Origin: Azolla caroliniana
Taxonomy: Eukaryota > Plantae > Polypodiophyta
DNA length: 64,000 bases
Assembly: GCA_043228905.1 (NCBI GenBank)
Contig: JBHGNT010000008.1
Coordinates: 16,616,001-16,680,000 of the forward strand
Direction of reading: 5' to 3'
The number at the start of each line of letters is the position of its first letter. The stretch's first letter is position 1. The notes beneath the pieces were generated by a model. That model saw only the letters and a list, made by a program, of their open reading frames with translations. It made no database searches and was not told the DNA's origin. Of this stretch, positions 26,437-39,735 are shown piece by piece. A program made the translations under genes and the position numbers.

Positions 26437-29400
26437 ATTTTGAATGTGAGTGTGGGCTTGAAGCATGGGCTACTGTCATGATATGGCAAGACTCGAACCC
26501 ATGACCTTATGGTATATGGGTCGAGCTCTTAACCATCACACCATCTATTGTAATTCATAGGATATTATTTTCATTTATGCTTTATTATAAGAAAATAATG
26601 TATATTCCAGATTTCACGGGAACATTCTAGAAGTTTCAGGATTACTCCTGAGAACACTATAAAAGAAGGCACTAGGCATTATGTTGAACCAAATTGGTTC
26701 AACGCTAGTCTTAAGCCTCTTAGCCATTTTGTACTTATCCTTCACATAATATATTGGTTGTTATCATCATGTCTCTCTCTCTCTCATCCTCGTTATCTCT
26801 CTTTTCTCTTCTCTCTTTCTCTCTCTCTCGGGAGTCTTACGCAGTCCCGTCCTCTTAGTACTAATAGTACTACTCTTCTTTAGTACTAATTCCATCTTTG
26901 CTTTAGTACTATTCCTGACAGTTTGAACCAATTTGGTCTCAAGCCTAGTTGTCATTCTCCCTCATCCTCCTACCCTTTTTCCTATACAATGGCTACTATT
27001 AGCGCCCAAGAATATCAATCCGTTTTCTCCGAGCTACAGTGCCTAAAAGAAAAATTTGTTGCCTTGGAACAAGAAAACCAACGACTGATAGGGAATCTGC
27101 AACAAATCGCTCTAGAAAAACAACAAACGCAGCAACAACATGGGGAGTTAGCGTTACGGGTGCAACAACTCGAATCAGCATTGCAACAACAAGGATCAAG
27201 TCCCCAAGGATTTCATAAAGAGCCGAAGATTGGACTTCCTGTGAAATTTGATGGAATGTGATCGCAATTCAGGGGATTCCTTAATAAGGTACGATTAGTC
27301 CTCCAAATGCATCCTTCCCGATACCCCACTGATGCATCCCGAGTCGGCTTAATAGGCACGTTGCTTAGCGGCTCAGCCTTAGCATGGTTCACTTCGCTTC
27401 TAGAAAAACAATCGACCTTGCTTAATAACTTTGAAGATTTTATTAGTGAGTTTAAAGCCCGCTTTGGAGACACCGACAACATCAGGACGGCGATCAACAA
27501 GATCTGACGATTGCGTCAAGGAGATCGTCCAGCCTCTGCCTATGTGGCGGATTTCCGCCTAATCGCTTCAAATATCCCCTGGGATCATCAGGCACTAATG
27601 GAGCAGTTTCGCTATGGCCTGCGAAACGATGTTAAAGATCTACTTCTAACTTTCCCCGAAGAACCAAAGTCTCTTACAGAGGCAATCAGTTGAGCGGTCC
27701 GATGTGACAACCGCCTTTTCGAATGGCGTTCGGAATGTCAATTACAGATACCACGCTCTAGGCCGGAGCCCACTTACGTCTTAGTCGCGGCTAAACCGTT
27801 TGCACGAGACATACCTCAAGCAAATACTTCGACACCGATGGAGATTGATACCATGCGTCGACACGGCCCGTTATCGGAAGAAGAAAAGCAATGACAACGT
27901 GCAAATCGATTATGTCTTTATTGTGGTGGACCAGGGCATATTGCAATCAATTGTCCCCATAGGCCAAGAAGATAGGTAAATCAAATTGTAGCCTGTACTA
28001 AACCCGAGTCAATTCTTCCCTTAGGAGTGGCTGATAGTATTAATAGTACTAATAGAGTGTTTGATAGTATTAATAGTACTAATAGCCCAAGTATCTCAAA
28101 CAAATTTGAAATCCTCAGTCAATTAGATGAAGAGTTAAACGATTGAGTCCAGCCAAAATAGGAGTCGTTTGGTTGGACAGCCCTAGATCTGTACAGCCCA
28201 TTAGTGGTTCCATTCCCTCCAAGCAAGTTAGCAATGTGTTCCTAGCCCAAGTCATGGTTAATACTAAAAGTACTCCCCCAGTACATGTCCTAGCACTTCT
28301 AGATTCCAGAGCTAATTCTTGTTTTATGGATTGAAATTTTGCCCAAGCTTCTCAGATACCCTTAAGAAAACTTCCTTGCCCCGGATCTATAGTAGTCATT
28401 AATGGTCGTCCCATTGCTTCCGGGAATATTGTAGAAGAGTCAGAACCCATTCAAGTTATCCTAGGTAGTTTTGTGTGTAGTAGCATTTAATATAATTAGT
28501 AGTCCGGAGCATCCCATTGTCCTGGGATTACCTTGGTTTGAATTACATAATCCAAACATAGATTGGAGAATAAGAGAAGTCCGACATCGACAACCCCAAG
28601 AATCTACTCATCGAGTTTCGACCATTTCACTACGTCAATTACGCGAAGAAGGACACAAGGAGGCAATGTTCCTATTTGCAATATCAGTACATCCTTCCAG
28701 CACTATTAAGGAGGAATCCTTAGTACAACTTCTGGCGAAATATCGTCCTTATGCCGATGTATTTGACAAGGTAAAAGCCGGTACTCTTCCTCATCATCAT
28801 CCCTATGATTGTCCCATCGATCTACAACCAGGAGTAGAGCCACCATGGGGACCCATTTACAACTTGTCCCCCACCGAGTTAGAAGTCCTTCGAGCCTACA
28901 TAGAGGAGAACTTGGCAAGCGGGTTTATTCATCATTCGAAATCTCCGGCCGGTGCACCCATCTTCTTTGTCAAGAAGAAAGATGGCTCACTTCGTCTCGT
29001 TGTTGATTACTGCGGCTTAAATAAAGTCACCATCCGTAATAGGTATGCACTTCCTCTTATATCAAGTCTTTTAGAGCGAGTTAATGGTGCCAAGTTTTTT
29101 TACAAAGATTGATCTCCGAGGAGTGTATAACCTCGTGCGGATCCAACCGGGAGATGAATGGAAGACCGCCTTTCGCACGCGGTATGGGCATTTCGAATAT
29201 ACTGTTATGCCATTCGGTCTAACCAATGCACCCGCAGTGGATACAAATCCTATTCTAGCTCATGTGGATACAAAGAAACCATTCATCATGGAGGCCGACG
29301 CATCGGATTTCGCCCTCGGTAGCATCCTTTCTCAACAAGGAGATAAAGAAGAGTTACATCCTGTGGCTTTCCATTCGCGCAAATTCGATGCTGCGGAAAT

Positions 29401-29993
29401 CAACTACGAAATACATGACAAGGAGTTACTAGCCATCGTGGATTCCTTTGTGCAATGGCGGCATTTCTTAGAGGGCTCTCCACATTAGGTCATCGTCTTT
29501 AGTGATCACAAAAACCTTGCTTATTTCCAAAACGCTCGGGTGCTAAATCGACAGCAAGCTCGGTGGGTTCAATTCCTCACGCGTTTCGACTTCAAAATCA
29601 CATATCGACCGAGGAAGCAGCAAGGAAAAGCAGATGCACTATCACGATGTTCATATCTTGCACCTCGCCCTGGTGATCCAACGTTCGATAATCAAAATCA
29701 AGTAATCTTGGGACCAACACGATTGCACACAACGCGGATTTTTCACACCCCAATGGATTCCCAGATTATAGACACCATGCGTATGAGTTTGAAGACAGAC
29801 AATTTTGCTCAAGACATTCTGGCGCACATTGATACCTCTCAGGCATCCTGTTCCCAGTCTCAGCAACCAGGTATGGACTACCGACAATTTGAATATCATG
29901 ATGGTTTGTTATTCTTTAAAAAGCTTGTATATGTCCCCAATTGCTCATGTCGCCTTCAAATCGTCCAAAGGTGTCACGACACCCATATGGCGG

Positions 29994-30130
29994 TGTCGGG
30001 GTAGTTGTGGTTCGTGCGGCGAAGTCGCGGGGACTAAGGTTAAGGGGAGTTGAAGAAACTTAACTTATAATAATGCTTGTATGGTGATGATAGAATGGTT
30101 AAGGATAGTAAGAAGAAGAGTTACGAGTAA

Positions 30131-30163
<33 letters not shown>

Positions 30164-30931
30164 CGAGCATAGATAAAATATAGAGACAATGTATGATTCT
30201 AGAAAGAAGATTGAGACAAAGTATGATTCTAGAAAGAAGATTGAGACAAAGTATGATTCAAGGAACAAGAATAGTATATTAAAAGTATAATATTTTACCA
30301 ACTTTACAATCCTTGATCGCAAACTGAACACATTCTCTATCGACCCTTGATTTGAACCCACGACCTCAACTTCAAAACGAGAGGTTCTCCACCCAATGAG
30401 CTAGTCTTCTTTACTTGATTGTATTATTTTCTCACTCTTTCTTGATCATCCCTTGTTTTCCTTGCCCCTCTTTATATAAGTGTTGCCATGCATATGGTAC
30501 TGTATGGGAGCATGGCATGCATGCAATGCATGAGTTACATGTAATGCATGATCGCCATTTGGCGCACATGTATTGCACGTGATGCATTGTAGCCATCATG
30601 CTCACTTGAGCTCCCATGTATGAAAATAGATATGGGATAAGTATAATGATGAAAATGTATTCTAAAATAACTAACCTAGCTTAATGGTGTATACTTTGTG
30701 TTTGGCATACAAGGTTGAGAGTTCAAGTCTCTCAATTTTACTTAATACAATATATAGCTTCATTCTTATATCATCAAGCACATTTATTATATACTTTTAC
30801 AAATAAATAGCCTAGCCTAGTGGTATGTACATTGTACTTCGTATATAAGGATGTGGGTTTAAGTCTCTCAAATATTATTAAATACAACATTTAAGCTCAT
30901 TTTTATATCGTGAAGCACATTCTTCACGACA
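29994..30931 (-). mobile_element. Solo LTR nested in the chromovirus integrase, 4-bp TSD GCGG
   Basis: TGTCG...CGACA termini. Removing the insert and one GCGG restores ATG GCG GGA CAT (M-A-G-H of the HHCC domain). Confidence 0.8.
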
Positions 30932-31403
30932 GCGGGACATTTCAGTGTCACTAAGACATTGGATCTAGTTCAACAATTCTTTTGGTGGCCTCACATGCGA
31001 CGTTTTGTCGACGACTACATTCGGACCTGTGATGGTTGCTGCCGAGCAAAGATGCCACAACACCATCCATATGGCTTGTTGGAACCCTTACCGATTCCAA
31101 GTAAGCCGTGGCAGTCTATTTGTCATGATTTTATCACAGATCTGCCGGTCTTCAAGGGGTTCGATGCTATCTTAACCATCGTCGATCGATATACGAAGAT
31201 GGCACATTTTGTGCCGTGTACTAAGGCCATCATTAGCGAGGAAACCGCCGCCCTTGTCATGCGTGAGGTATTTCGGCATCATGGCCTCCCAGACAGTAGC
31301 ATCAGTGACCAAGGACCGCAATTTGTCTCCAAATTTTGGCAACATCTCTTCAAGATGCTCAAGGTCTCTTGCAACCTCTCCTTCGGCTACCATCCTCAAA
31401 CCG

Positions 31404-34400
31404 TGACAGGAACTACACCCTCCCTTTGAGCAACGCTCGGCCACAACCGAGCCTAGAATAAAACACAGAAAACAGGGAATGGAACACAACACGATAGAGA
31501 GAAGAGTACACAGGATGTTTACGTGGAAAACCCAAACTCGAGAAAAAACCACGACAGCCCGCAGCCCGCAAACTATCACTATGTCAGAATGTACAATAAG
31601 AAAGCACCGAGACCACAACCTCGGGCTTGCTATCTTCACCACAGGCGGCGGTTACAATCAGAGGCAACGTCCTCTTCCTCTCTCTCTCACTCTCTCTGTA
31701 CACAGTTGCGTGCTCTAATCTTGCGCCAACAAGAATGACAACAACTCTCATCATAAGTTTGCCCTAAGTCATATTTATACTAGTATGACTTTTCGGCTAT
31801 TTACAAATATAGCCACAATGGACTCTCAGAAACATATTTACAAATATGTCTCTTCATCCGGTTCTCACCGAGCTTGCATCATCCGACACTTGCTGGGTAC
31901 TCGTCATCCGGTTCTCACCGGGTCTACACCATCCGGATCTCCATAGCCGGGTACTCGTCATCCGGTTCTCACCGGGTCTGCACCATCCGTCTCTCCGTAG
32001 CCGGGTACTCGTCATCCGGTTCTCACTGGGTCTGCACCATCTGGCTCTCTGTAGCCGGGTACTCGTCATCCAGTTCTCACCGGGTCTGTTCTTCTCACTT
32101 GCCATCCGGAGGGACCTATTTCCTAACAAACTCCCCCTTCACTCCGGCATGGGATGTCTTACTAGTCCGACCCGCTTCCGGCATGCATCCAACTTGTCGA
32201 GTATCAGTACTTTGGTCAGCATATCTGACCCGTTCTCGGCCATGTGGATCTTCGTCAGCGCGAACTCCTGGTCATCTACTCTTTCCCGGATCCAGTGATA
32301 CCTTCGTTGGATATGCTTCATCCGGGAATGGTAGGCCGCATTCTTAGCAAGGTGGATGGCACTTTGACTGTCGCAATAGAGCCGATATTCATCTTGCCGG
32401 ATACCAAGCTCTCCGATGAAGTCCTTCATCCATAATATTTCCTTGCCGGCTTCCACAGTCGCCATGTACTCCGCCTGCGTAGTTGACAACGCAACCGTCT
32501 TCTGCAGCCTCGACTGCCACGAAACAGCTCCCCCTGCATATGTCATTACATACCCGGATGTAGACCGGCTGGTATCCACATCAACCGACATGTCCGAATC
32601 GGTAAAACCATCAAGTTGAGGTTTTCCAGAGCCGAATATTCAAAGTTCCCTTCAAGTACCGGAGTATCCATTTGACCGCGTTTCAGTGCTCCTTGCCGGG
32701 ATTGCTCATAAACCGGCTCACCACTCCGACTACGTAGCCTATATTCGATCGGGTACACACCATTACGTACATCAAGCTCCTGACGGTAGAGGCATATGGG
32801 ACCTTCATCATATCAGCCTTCTCTGCTTTCGTCTTCGGGCTTTGCTTACCGGATTATCTGCAGTTTGCCGGGAGTGTCGATCCGACCAGTTTCGCATCTG
32901 TCATGTTGAACCGGTGAAGTACCTTTGTCACATACTTCTCCTGTGACAGCCACAATTGCTTCACTGACCGGTTCCAGATAATATGCATCCCCATCATCTG
33001 TCTTGCTGGACCCAAGTCTTTCTTTGAGAAGGTCCGGTTGAGAGCCTTCTTCAGCATCCGTATTTTGGCTTGGTCCCGTCCGACGATCAACATGTCGTCC
33101 ACGTACAGAAGGAGTATCAGGAAGTCGCCTCCTTCGAACTTCTTCACAAACACGCAGTGATCGGCCTGCGTCTTGTGGTACCCTTGATCGGTCATGAAGG
33201 AGTTGAACTTCCGGTACCATTGCCGGGGGGCCTGCTTCAACCCATAGAGGCTCTTCTTCAACCGGCAAACCAGGTGCTCCTTCCCTTTCTCCACGAATCC
33301 TTCTAGTTGTTGCATGTAGATCTCCTCTTCTAGGTCGCCGTGAAGGAATGTCGTCTTCACGTCCAGCTACTCTACCTCGAGGTCCATGCTTGCCGCTATA
33401 CTCAGCACCGTCCGGATGGAGGTCGTCTTTACTACTGGGGAAAATATCTCGTTGAAGTCCACGCCCTTCTTCTACTGGAACCCCTTCACCACGATCCTAG
33501 CTTTGTATCTCAGGGGGTTGCCGACATCTCCCGGTTTCAACTTGTACACCCACTTATTTCAGAGTGCCCGCTTTCCTTTCGGCAACTCCACCAATTCATA
33601 CATATGGTTCTCATGCAGGGAATCCATCTCATCCTGTATGGCACTTAGCCATTTGCGGTTGTGGGTGTCATCCTTCACCTCTACGAAGCTTTCTAGCTCC
33701 CCCTCATCGGTTAGTAGCACATGCTTTGCATCCGGAAATCTCCGGGGGGCCCATCTCTCTCTGAGAGGATATTTCCGTCTTTGGGCTTCGGTAACCGGCT
33801 CCTCCATTTGCTCTTCATCCGAATCCCATTCAGGGTCTTGGCCGGTTCTGGTTTCGGCTTCCTCTACTTCTTCTTCTACCGGTTCGGTATCCTCACCGTA
33901 ACCGGCTAGTTCCTCGAGTGCTAACCGGTCTCTTCCCGGTTGGGTCTGTTCATCATAGAATTGATCCTTACCGATCGACTTAGAGTTCATTATCTTCTTC
34001 TCCGACTCCCAGTCGGCGAGCGTCTTGTCCTCCATGAAGATAATATCTCGACTCCGGAATACCTTCTTGTCGACCAGGTCCCACACTCGGTAGCCGAACT
34101 CATCGTCGCCGTAACCGAGGAATATGCATGGTCGGGTCTTTGGATCTAACTTTTCTCTCCGGTCCTTAGCTACATGCATGTACACGAGACACCCGAATAC
34201 CTTCAGATGCCGGTAGGACACTTCCTTACCGGTCCAGACTCTCTGTGGCGTGTCTCCGTCCAAGGGTACTAAGGGTGATCTATTTATCACATATGTCGCC
34301 GTCGACAATGCCTCAACCCAAAACTTCTTGGGTAGTTTTGCATGCACTAGCATACTCCGGACCCTCTCCATTATGGTCTGGTTCATCCTCTCGGCCAACC

Positions 34401-36983
34401 CGTTTAGTTCCGGCATCTTCGGCACGGTAAATTTGAGCCGGATTCTCTTCGAGCGACAGTACTCCTCGAACTGCCCCTGGTATTCACCCCTGTTATCTGC
34501 TCGAACCGCCTTCAGCTTCCAGCTGGTTTCTCTTTCCACTCTCGCGTGGAGTTCTTTGAAGACGGATAACACCTGATCCTTCGTCTTCAACGGTGTGGCT
34601 CACAGCTTCCGGTTGTGGTCATCTATGAACTTCACGAAGTACTGCAATCCGGCATGTGACTTCGTATCCACTTGACATACATCAGTATGCACCAAATCCA
34701 GTGGTGCATTACGTCTCATCGGTGGCCTCGATCGGAAGGAGGTCCGGTTTTGTTTACCGGCTAGACAATCAGTGCACTTCTCCAAGTGCACGTTCTTCAT
34801 TGGAATGAGGTTGTCGTCTACAAGCCTCTTCATCCCCTTCTCGCTCATGTGGCACAATCTCTTGTGCCACAGCTCACCGGCAGTGTCGGATGCCACGTTC
34901 ACTTCTTCCGGGCATAATCGGGCATTCATCAGGTACAACGTGTTGACCTTCCGGGCCCGAGCCACAATCAGGCTCCCTTTGCTGAACTTCATAACACCGT
35001 TCCGGATGCTACCCGTGTAGCCTTCATCATCTAGCCGACCGGTTGATATTAGGTTCAGATGAACCTCCGAAACGTGTCGGACATCCTTCAACAACAGCTT
35101 GCATCCGGTTGGTGTTGTCAGCCACACGTCTCCTATGCCGACAATTCGGCATGTACCTTCATTCCCCATCCGGACACAGTCGTTATCACCGACTGAGTAG
35201 GATGAGAAGCACTTCCGGTCCGGGGTAAGGTGGAACGACGCTCCGGAGTCGACCACCCAGGTCATCTCGTCGCCAGCAAGGTTTATCTCACTCTCCTCGG
35301 TGATGAGCATAAACTCTTCTTCACTTGCCGCCATTGCCGTTGTTCCCTTCCGGTCCGGTCCCCTCTGGTCTTTACCGTTCCAGTCCGGTGTCCGCTTCGA
35401 ATGGGTGTCACCGGTTTCCTTGTCTTTACGGAAATGCCGACAATTCTTCTGGAAGTGTCCCGGCTTGCCGCAATAGAAGCAAGTAGGCCTCCCCCTTGAC
35501 TTTGACCGTGTCCCCGACTTTTCCCGGTTCTGGGGGCTACGGTTCCTTTGTCTTCCGCGTTCCGATTCAGTAAGGAGCACTTTGGAGTCGGAGCTCATAT
35601 CCTTATCTTTCCGACGCGCCTCCTCATCTAGCAAGCTCGACTTCACTCTTGCTAGGGATAACCGTTTCCCTTCCGGCCCAGCATTGCCCAAAGTGACAAC
35701 TAACGTCTCCCAGCTATTCGGGAGGGAACCGAGTAGGAGTAGTGCTAGTACCTCATCGGTGAGAGGTACTTCCAATGATGTTGCCTGGTGTATCAGCCCC
35801 TGGAAGGAATTCATGTGCTCAACCATGCTGGAGCCATCTTGGTACCAGAATCTTACCAGCTTCCGGAATAGTGAAACCTGGTTAACAACATTTTTGTTTT
35901 GAAACATAATGTCGATTTTCTCCCAGAGCTCATGAGCCTTGCTCTCTTCATTGAAGTTGTTGTATAGGCTCATGTCGATGAAGCACCGTATGTAAGCCGT
36001 TGTCTTCATGTGCATCACCTCCCATATCGTGGCGTCGATTTTGTCCGGTCTCTTGTCCCCAAATTGAACCGGCAACCAAAGATCTTTAACCACAAGCATG
36101 TCCCTCATCTTCGACTTCCACGCCAAATAGTTGGAGCCGGTGAGTTTGAACATGCCTCCCAACGAGTCGTCCATTTTCTGTGTCGTTTCGCTCTGATACC
36201 ACTTTGACAGGAACTACACGCTCCCTTCGAACAACGCTCGGCCACCACCGAGCCTAGAATAAAACACAGAAAACAGGGAATGGAACACAACACGATAGAG
36301 AGAAGAGTACATAGGATGTTTACGTGGAAAACCCAAACTCGGGAAAAAACCACAGCAGCCCATAGGCCGCAAACTATCACTATGTCAGAATGTACAATAA
36401 GAAAGCACTAAGGCCACGACCTCGAGCTTGCTATCTTCACCACAGGCGGAGGTTACAATCAGAGGCAACGACCTCTTCCTCTCTCTCTCACTCTCTCTGT
36501 ACACAGTTGCGTGCTCTAATCTTGCGCCAACAAGAATGACAACAACTCTCATCATAAGTTCGCCCTAAGTCATATTTATACTAGTATGACTTTTCGGCTA
36601 TTTACAAATATAGCCACGATGGACTCTCAAAAACATATTTACAAATATGTCTCTTCATTCGATTCTCACCGAGCCTGCATCATCCGGCACTTGTTGGGTA
36701 CTCGTCATCCGGTTCTCACCGGGTCTTCACCATCCGGATCTCTGTAGCCGGGTACTCGTCATCCGGTTCTCACCGGGTCTGCACCATCCGTCTCTCCGTA
36801 GCCGGGTACTCATCATCCGGTTCTCACCGGGTCTGCACCATCCGGCTCTCCGTAGCCGGGTACTTGTCATCCGGTTCTCACCGGGTCTTCACCATCCGGA
36901 TCTCCGTAGCCGGGTACTCGTCATCCAGTACTCACCGGGTCTGTTCTTCTCACTTCCCATTCGGAGGGACCTATTTCCTAACA
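31404..36983 (-). mobile_element. Full-length degenerate Ty1/Copia element (LTRs 31404-32128 and 36205-36983) nested in the chromovirus integrase
   Basis: PBS-iMet TGGTATCAGAGC (36190-36201), gag CCHC, PR DSGA, INT, RT YVDD, RNase H and PPT next to 32129. Several frameshifts and stops. The LTRs contain 54-bp tandem repeats. Confidence 0.95.
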
Positions 36984-38899
36984 GACCAATGGGCAGGCGG
37001 AACAAACAAACCAAACGCTGGAGCAATATCTCCGATGTTTCCTGAGTTATCAACAGGACGATTGGGCCGAGATTCTCCACTTTGCGGAGTTTGCGTATAA
37101 TAATGTTGTTCACTCCTCGACTCGAGTCTCCCCATTCTACGTTTATACCGGTTCTCAACCTCGTTGGTCGGTGATCGACACCTCGGAGCTACCTACCAAT
37201 CCTCATGTCGGGGATCATTTGGAGAGACTATGCAAGATCTAGACGGATCTCTCGACTCATCTTCGTCATGCTCAACAGACACAAAAGACTTACGCGGATC
37301 ATCATCGACTTCCCTCCTCTTTTGCCATCGGAGATCGAGTATGTGGCTCTTATGTCGTCACATCAAGACTACTCGACCGTGCGACAAGTTGTATTACCGG
37401 TAAGGTTAATGATGTCACGTTTCGCCTTGATCTTCCTTTGCATCTTCGGATACATCCAATCTTCCATAGTTCTCTTCTGGAACCTTATAAAGCAAACACT
37501 ACTCCCGATCGTGTTACACCACCGCCGCCCCTGCTTGAGTTTGACGCTGGCTCGGAGAATGAAGTTGCTGCCATCCTCGACTCCAAATTTGTTCGCAACA
37601 AACTTTACTATTTGGTCGATTGGCCTGAGCGAACGTACTTGGGAGCCTGTCAAGTATGTCGCCAATGCTCAGGATCTTCTTGTTGATTTTCACCGATAGT
37701 ATCCCAATAAACCCGGTCCTCAATCAACATCAACTTGTTCCACTAGTCGTCTTAAGGGGGGGGATAGTGACATGATATGGCAAGACTCGACCCATGACCT
37801 TATGGTATATGGGTCGAGCTCTTAACCATCACACCATCTATTGTAATTAATAGGATATTATTTTCATTTATGCTTTATTATAAGAAAGTAATGTATATTC
37901 CAGATTTCACTGGAACATTCTAGAAGTTTCAGGATTACTCCTGAGAACACTATAAAAGAAGGCACTAGGCATTATGTTGAACCAAATTGGTTCAACGCCA
38001 TTCTTAAGCCTCTTAGCCATTTTGTACTTATCCTTCACATAATATATTGGTTGTTATCATCATCTCTCTCTCTCATCCTCGTTATCTCTCTTTTCTCTTC
38101 TCTCTTTCTCTCTCTCTCGGGAGTCTTACACAGTCCCGTCCTCTTAGTACTAATAGTACTGCTCTTCTTTAGTACTAAATCCATCTCTGCTTTAGTACTA
38201 TTCCTGACAGCTACAAGGAGTAGTCAAAGTCGATATTCAAGTGAGGTCTAGTGAAGACAAACCTAGATTGATGAAAGAAGGAAGACTAAAGTGCGTTAAC
38301 CATGGCGATGGTCGAAATGAAGGTAGCACATGTATGATGCATGAAGGGTTATGCTTCGGGAAGGCAGAAGAGGACATGAAAACCAAATATGGCAGTGCAA
38401 GGCTCAAACGAAGGATTTGGTGGTTTGGATGGTCTCCATGGTTATGGTGGAAAGAATGGTCATGGTGGCATTGGAAGAAGAGAGATAAGGAGCCAACGAC
38501 TTGGTTCAAGGTAGATCTTTATCATAGATAGTTAGCTTATGAAGGAAAGAAAATATTAGGACAAGGATTAAAGATTTCAACTAGAAGGATGCAACTGAAT
38601 AACACAATTGGCACATACCGGTGGATGTGCATGTTTAGTGGGGGTGAATGTCGTGTAAATCTTCTAACACTATGTAATAATAATAATAATAATAAAATAA
38701 GTACTTTATATTAGCTTAATGGCATGTTATAAAAGATAAATGTTTCAGAAGATAGGGAAAATAGAATTATGATTTATCCCACATATATAGGAAACTTAAG
38801 GCTCTAGCTATATAAGCACCTTGAGATCCCTCATTTTTCATTTGTGCTAAGAACACTTTGGCCACTTTGTCTTGGTGGATGATGGTGGTTAAGTTCCCA

Positions 38900-39230
38900 A
38901 AAACCGGAAACCGGCCGGTAAGTAAAATCAGAAACTAGGCCGGTAAGCAAAACCGGAAATTGGTTGATAAGCAAAAACCGGAAATCGGCCGGTAAACAAA
39001 ACCGAAACCGGCAGGTAAGCAAAACTGGAAACTGGGCCGGTAAGCAAAACTGGAATTGGGCTGGTAAGTAAAATCGGAAACTAGGCCGGTAAGCAAAACC
39101 GGAAACCGGTCGGTAAGCAAAATCGAAACCCGCCAATAAGCAAAACCGGAACCGGTCGGTAAGCAAAATCGGAAACCGATCGGTAAGCAAAACCGAAACC
39201 GGCCGGTAAGCAAACCGGAACCGGCAACGA
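38900..39230. repeat. ~23-bp tandem array (CCGGTAAGCAAAACCGGAAA-type) inside the 3' LTR
   Basis: About 14 visible units. Confidence 0.85.
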
Positions 39231-39735
39231 AGCCGGTGAGGCAGTGGCAATCGGCGACCGGATGGAACCGGCGATCAAACAAGGCTGGACAAAAACCGAA
39301 CGAATGATAGGATCATGTGGCTAATTAAAGTCAAGTGAAGAAAACTAAAGTAAAGGTCATGTGGACAATCGCATGCAACTAAAAGAAAAAGCCATGCAAC
39401 TAAAAGTAAAAGCCATGCAACTAAAAATAGATGCAACTAAAAGAAAAAGTTATGCAACTAAAAGTAGAGGCCATGCAACAAAAAGTGGACATGCAAATGA
39501 TCAAGGGAGAACTCCATATAAAATTCCATTTTTTTTCCTACACTCATGCTCTCTCCATATTATTTTTTCTTTTCCTTCTCAGCTCCCTTATCTTATGGAA
39601 GCCATAACACTAAAAAGCCCTAATTTTCCCTACGGAAGCCATAAGCCCTAATTTTCCCTACAGAAGCCATATCTCTCAAACCCCTAATTTTTCTTTTCTA
39701 TAAATCTCTATAAGCTAAAACTTTTGAATCCCAAT

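Larger units (their letters stand above)
26474..38209 (+). mobile_element. Ty3/Gypsy chromovirus (Tcn1/Tf1-like) with both LTRs (26474-26920, 37768-38209) and 5-bp TSD GCTAC
   Basis: gag with CCHC knuckle, PR, RT (internal deletion near 29238), RNase H, integrase, chromodomain (EVAAILDSKFVRNKLYYLVDW, ~37560-37700) and PPT 37754-37767. Interrupted by two nested insertions. Confidence 0.95.
24401..39735 (+). mobile_element. Non-autonomous, gag-only tRNA-Trp-primed Gypsy relative hosting the nested chromovirus
   Basis: LTR end GCGACA at 25414, PBS-Trp 25419-25436, gag ORF 25480-26436, PPT ~38637-38648 and 3' LTR from 38649. Block 24781-25250 recurs at ~39380-39733. Outer boundaries are uncertain. 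Confidence 0.6.
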
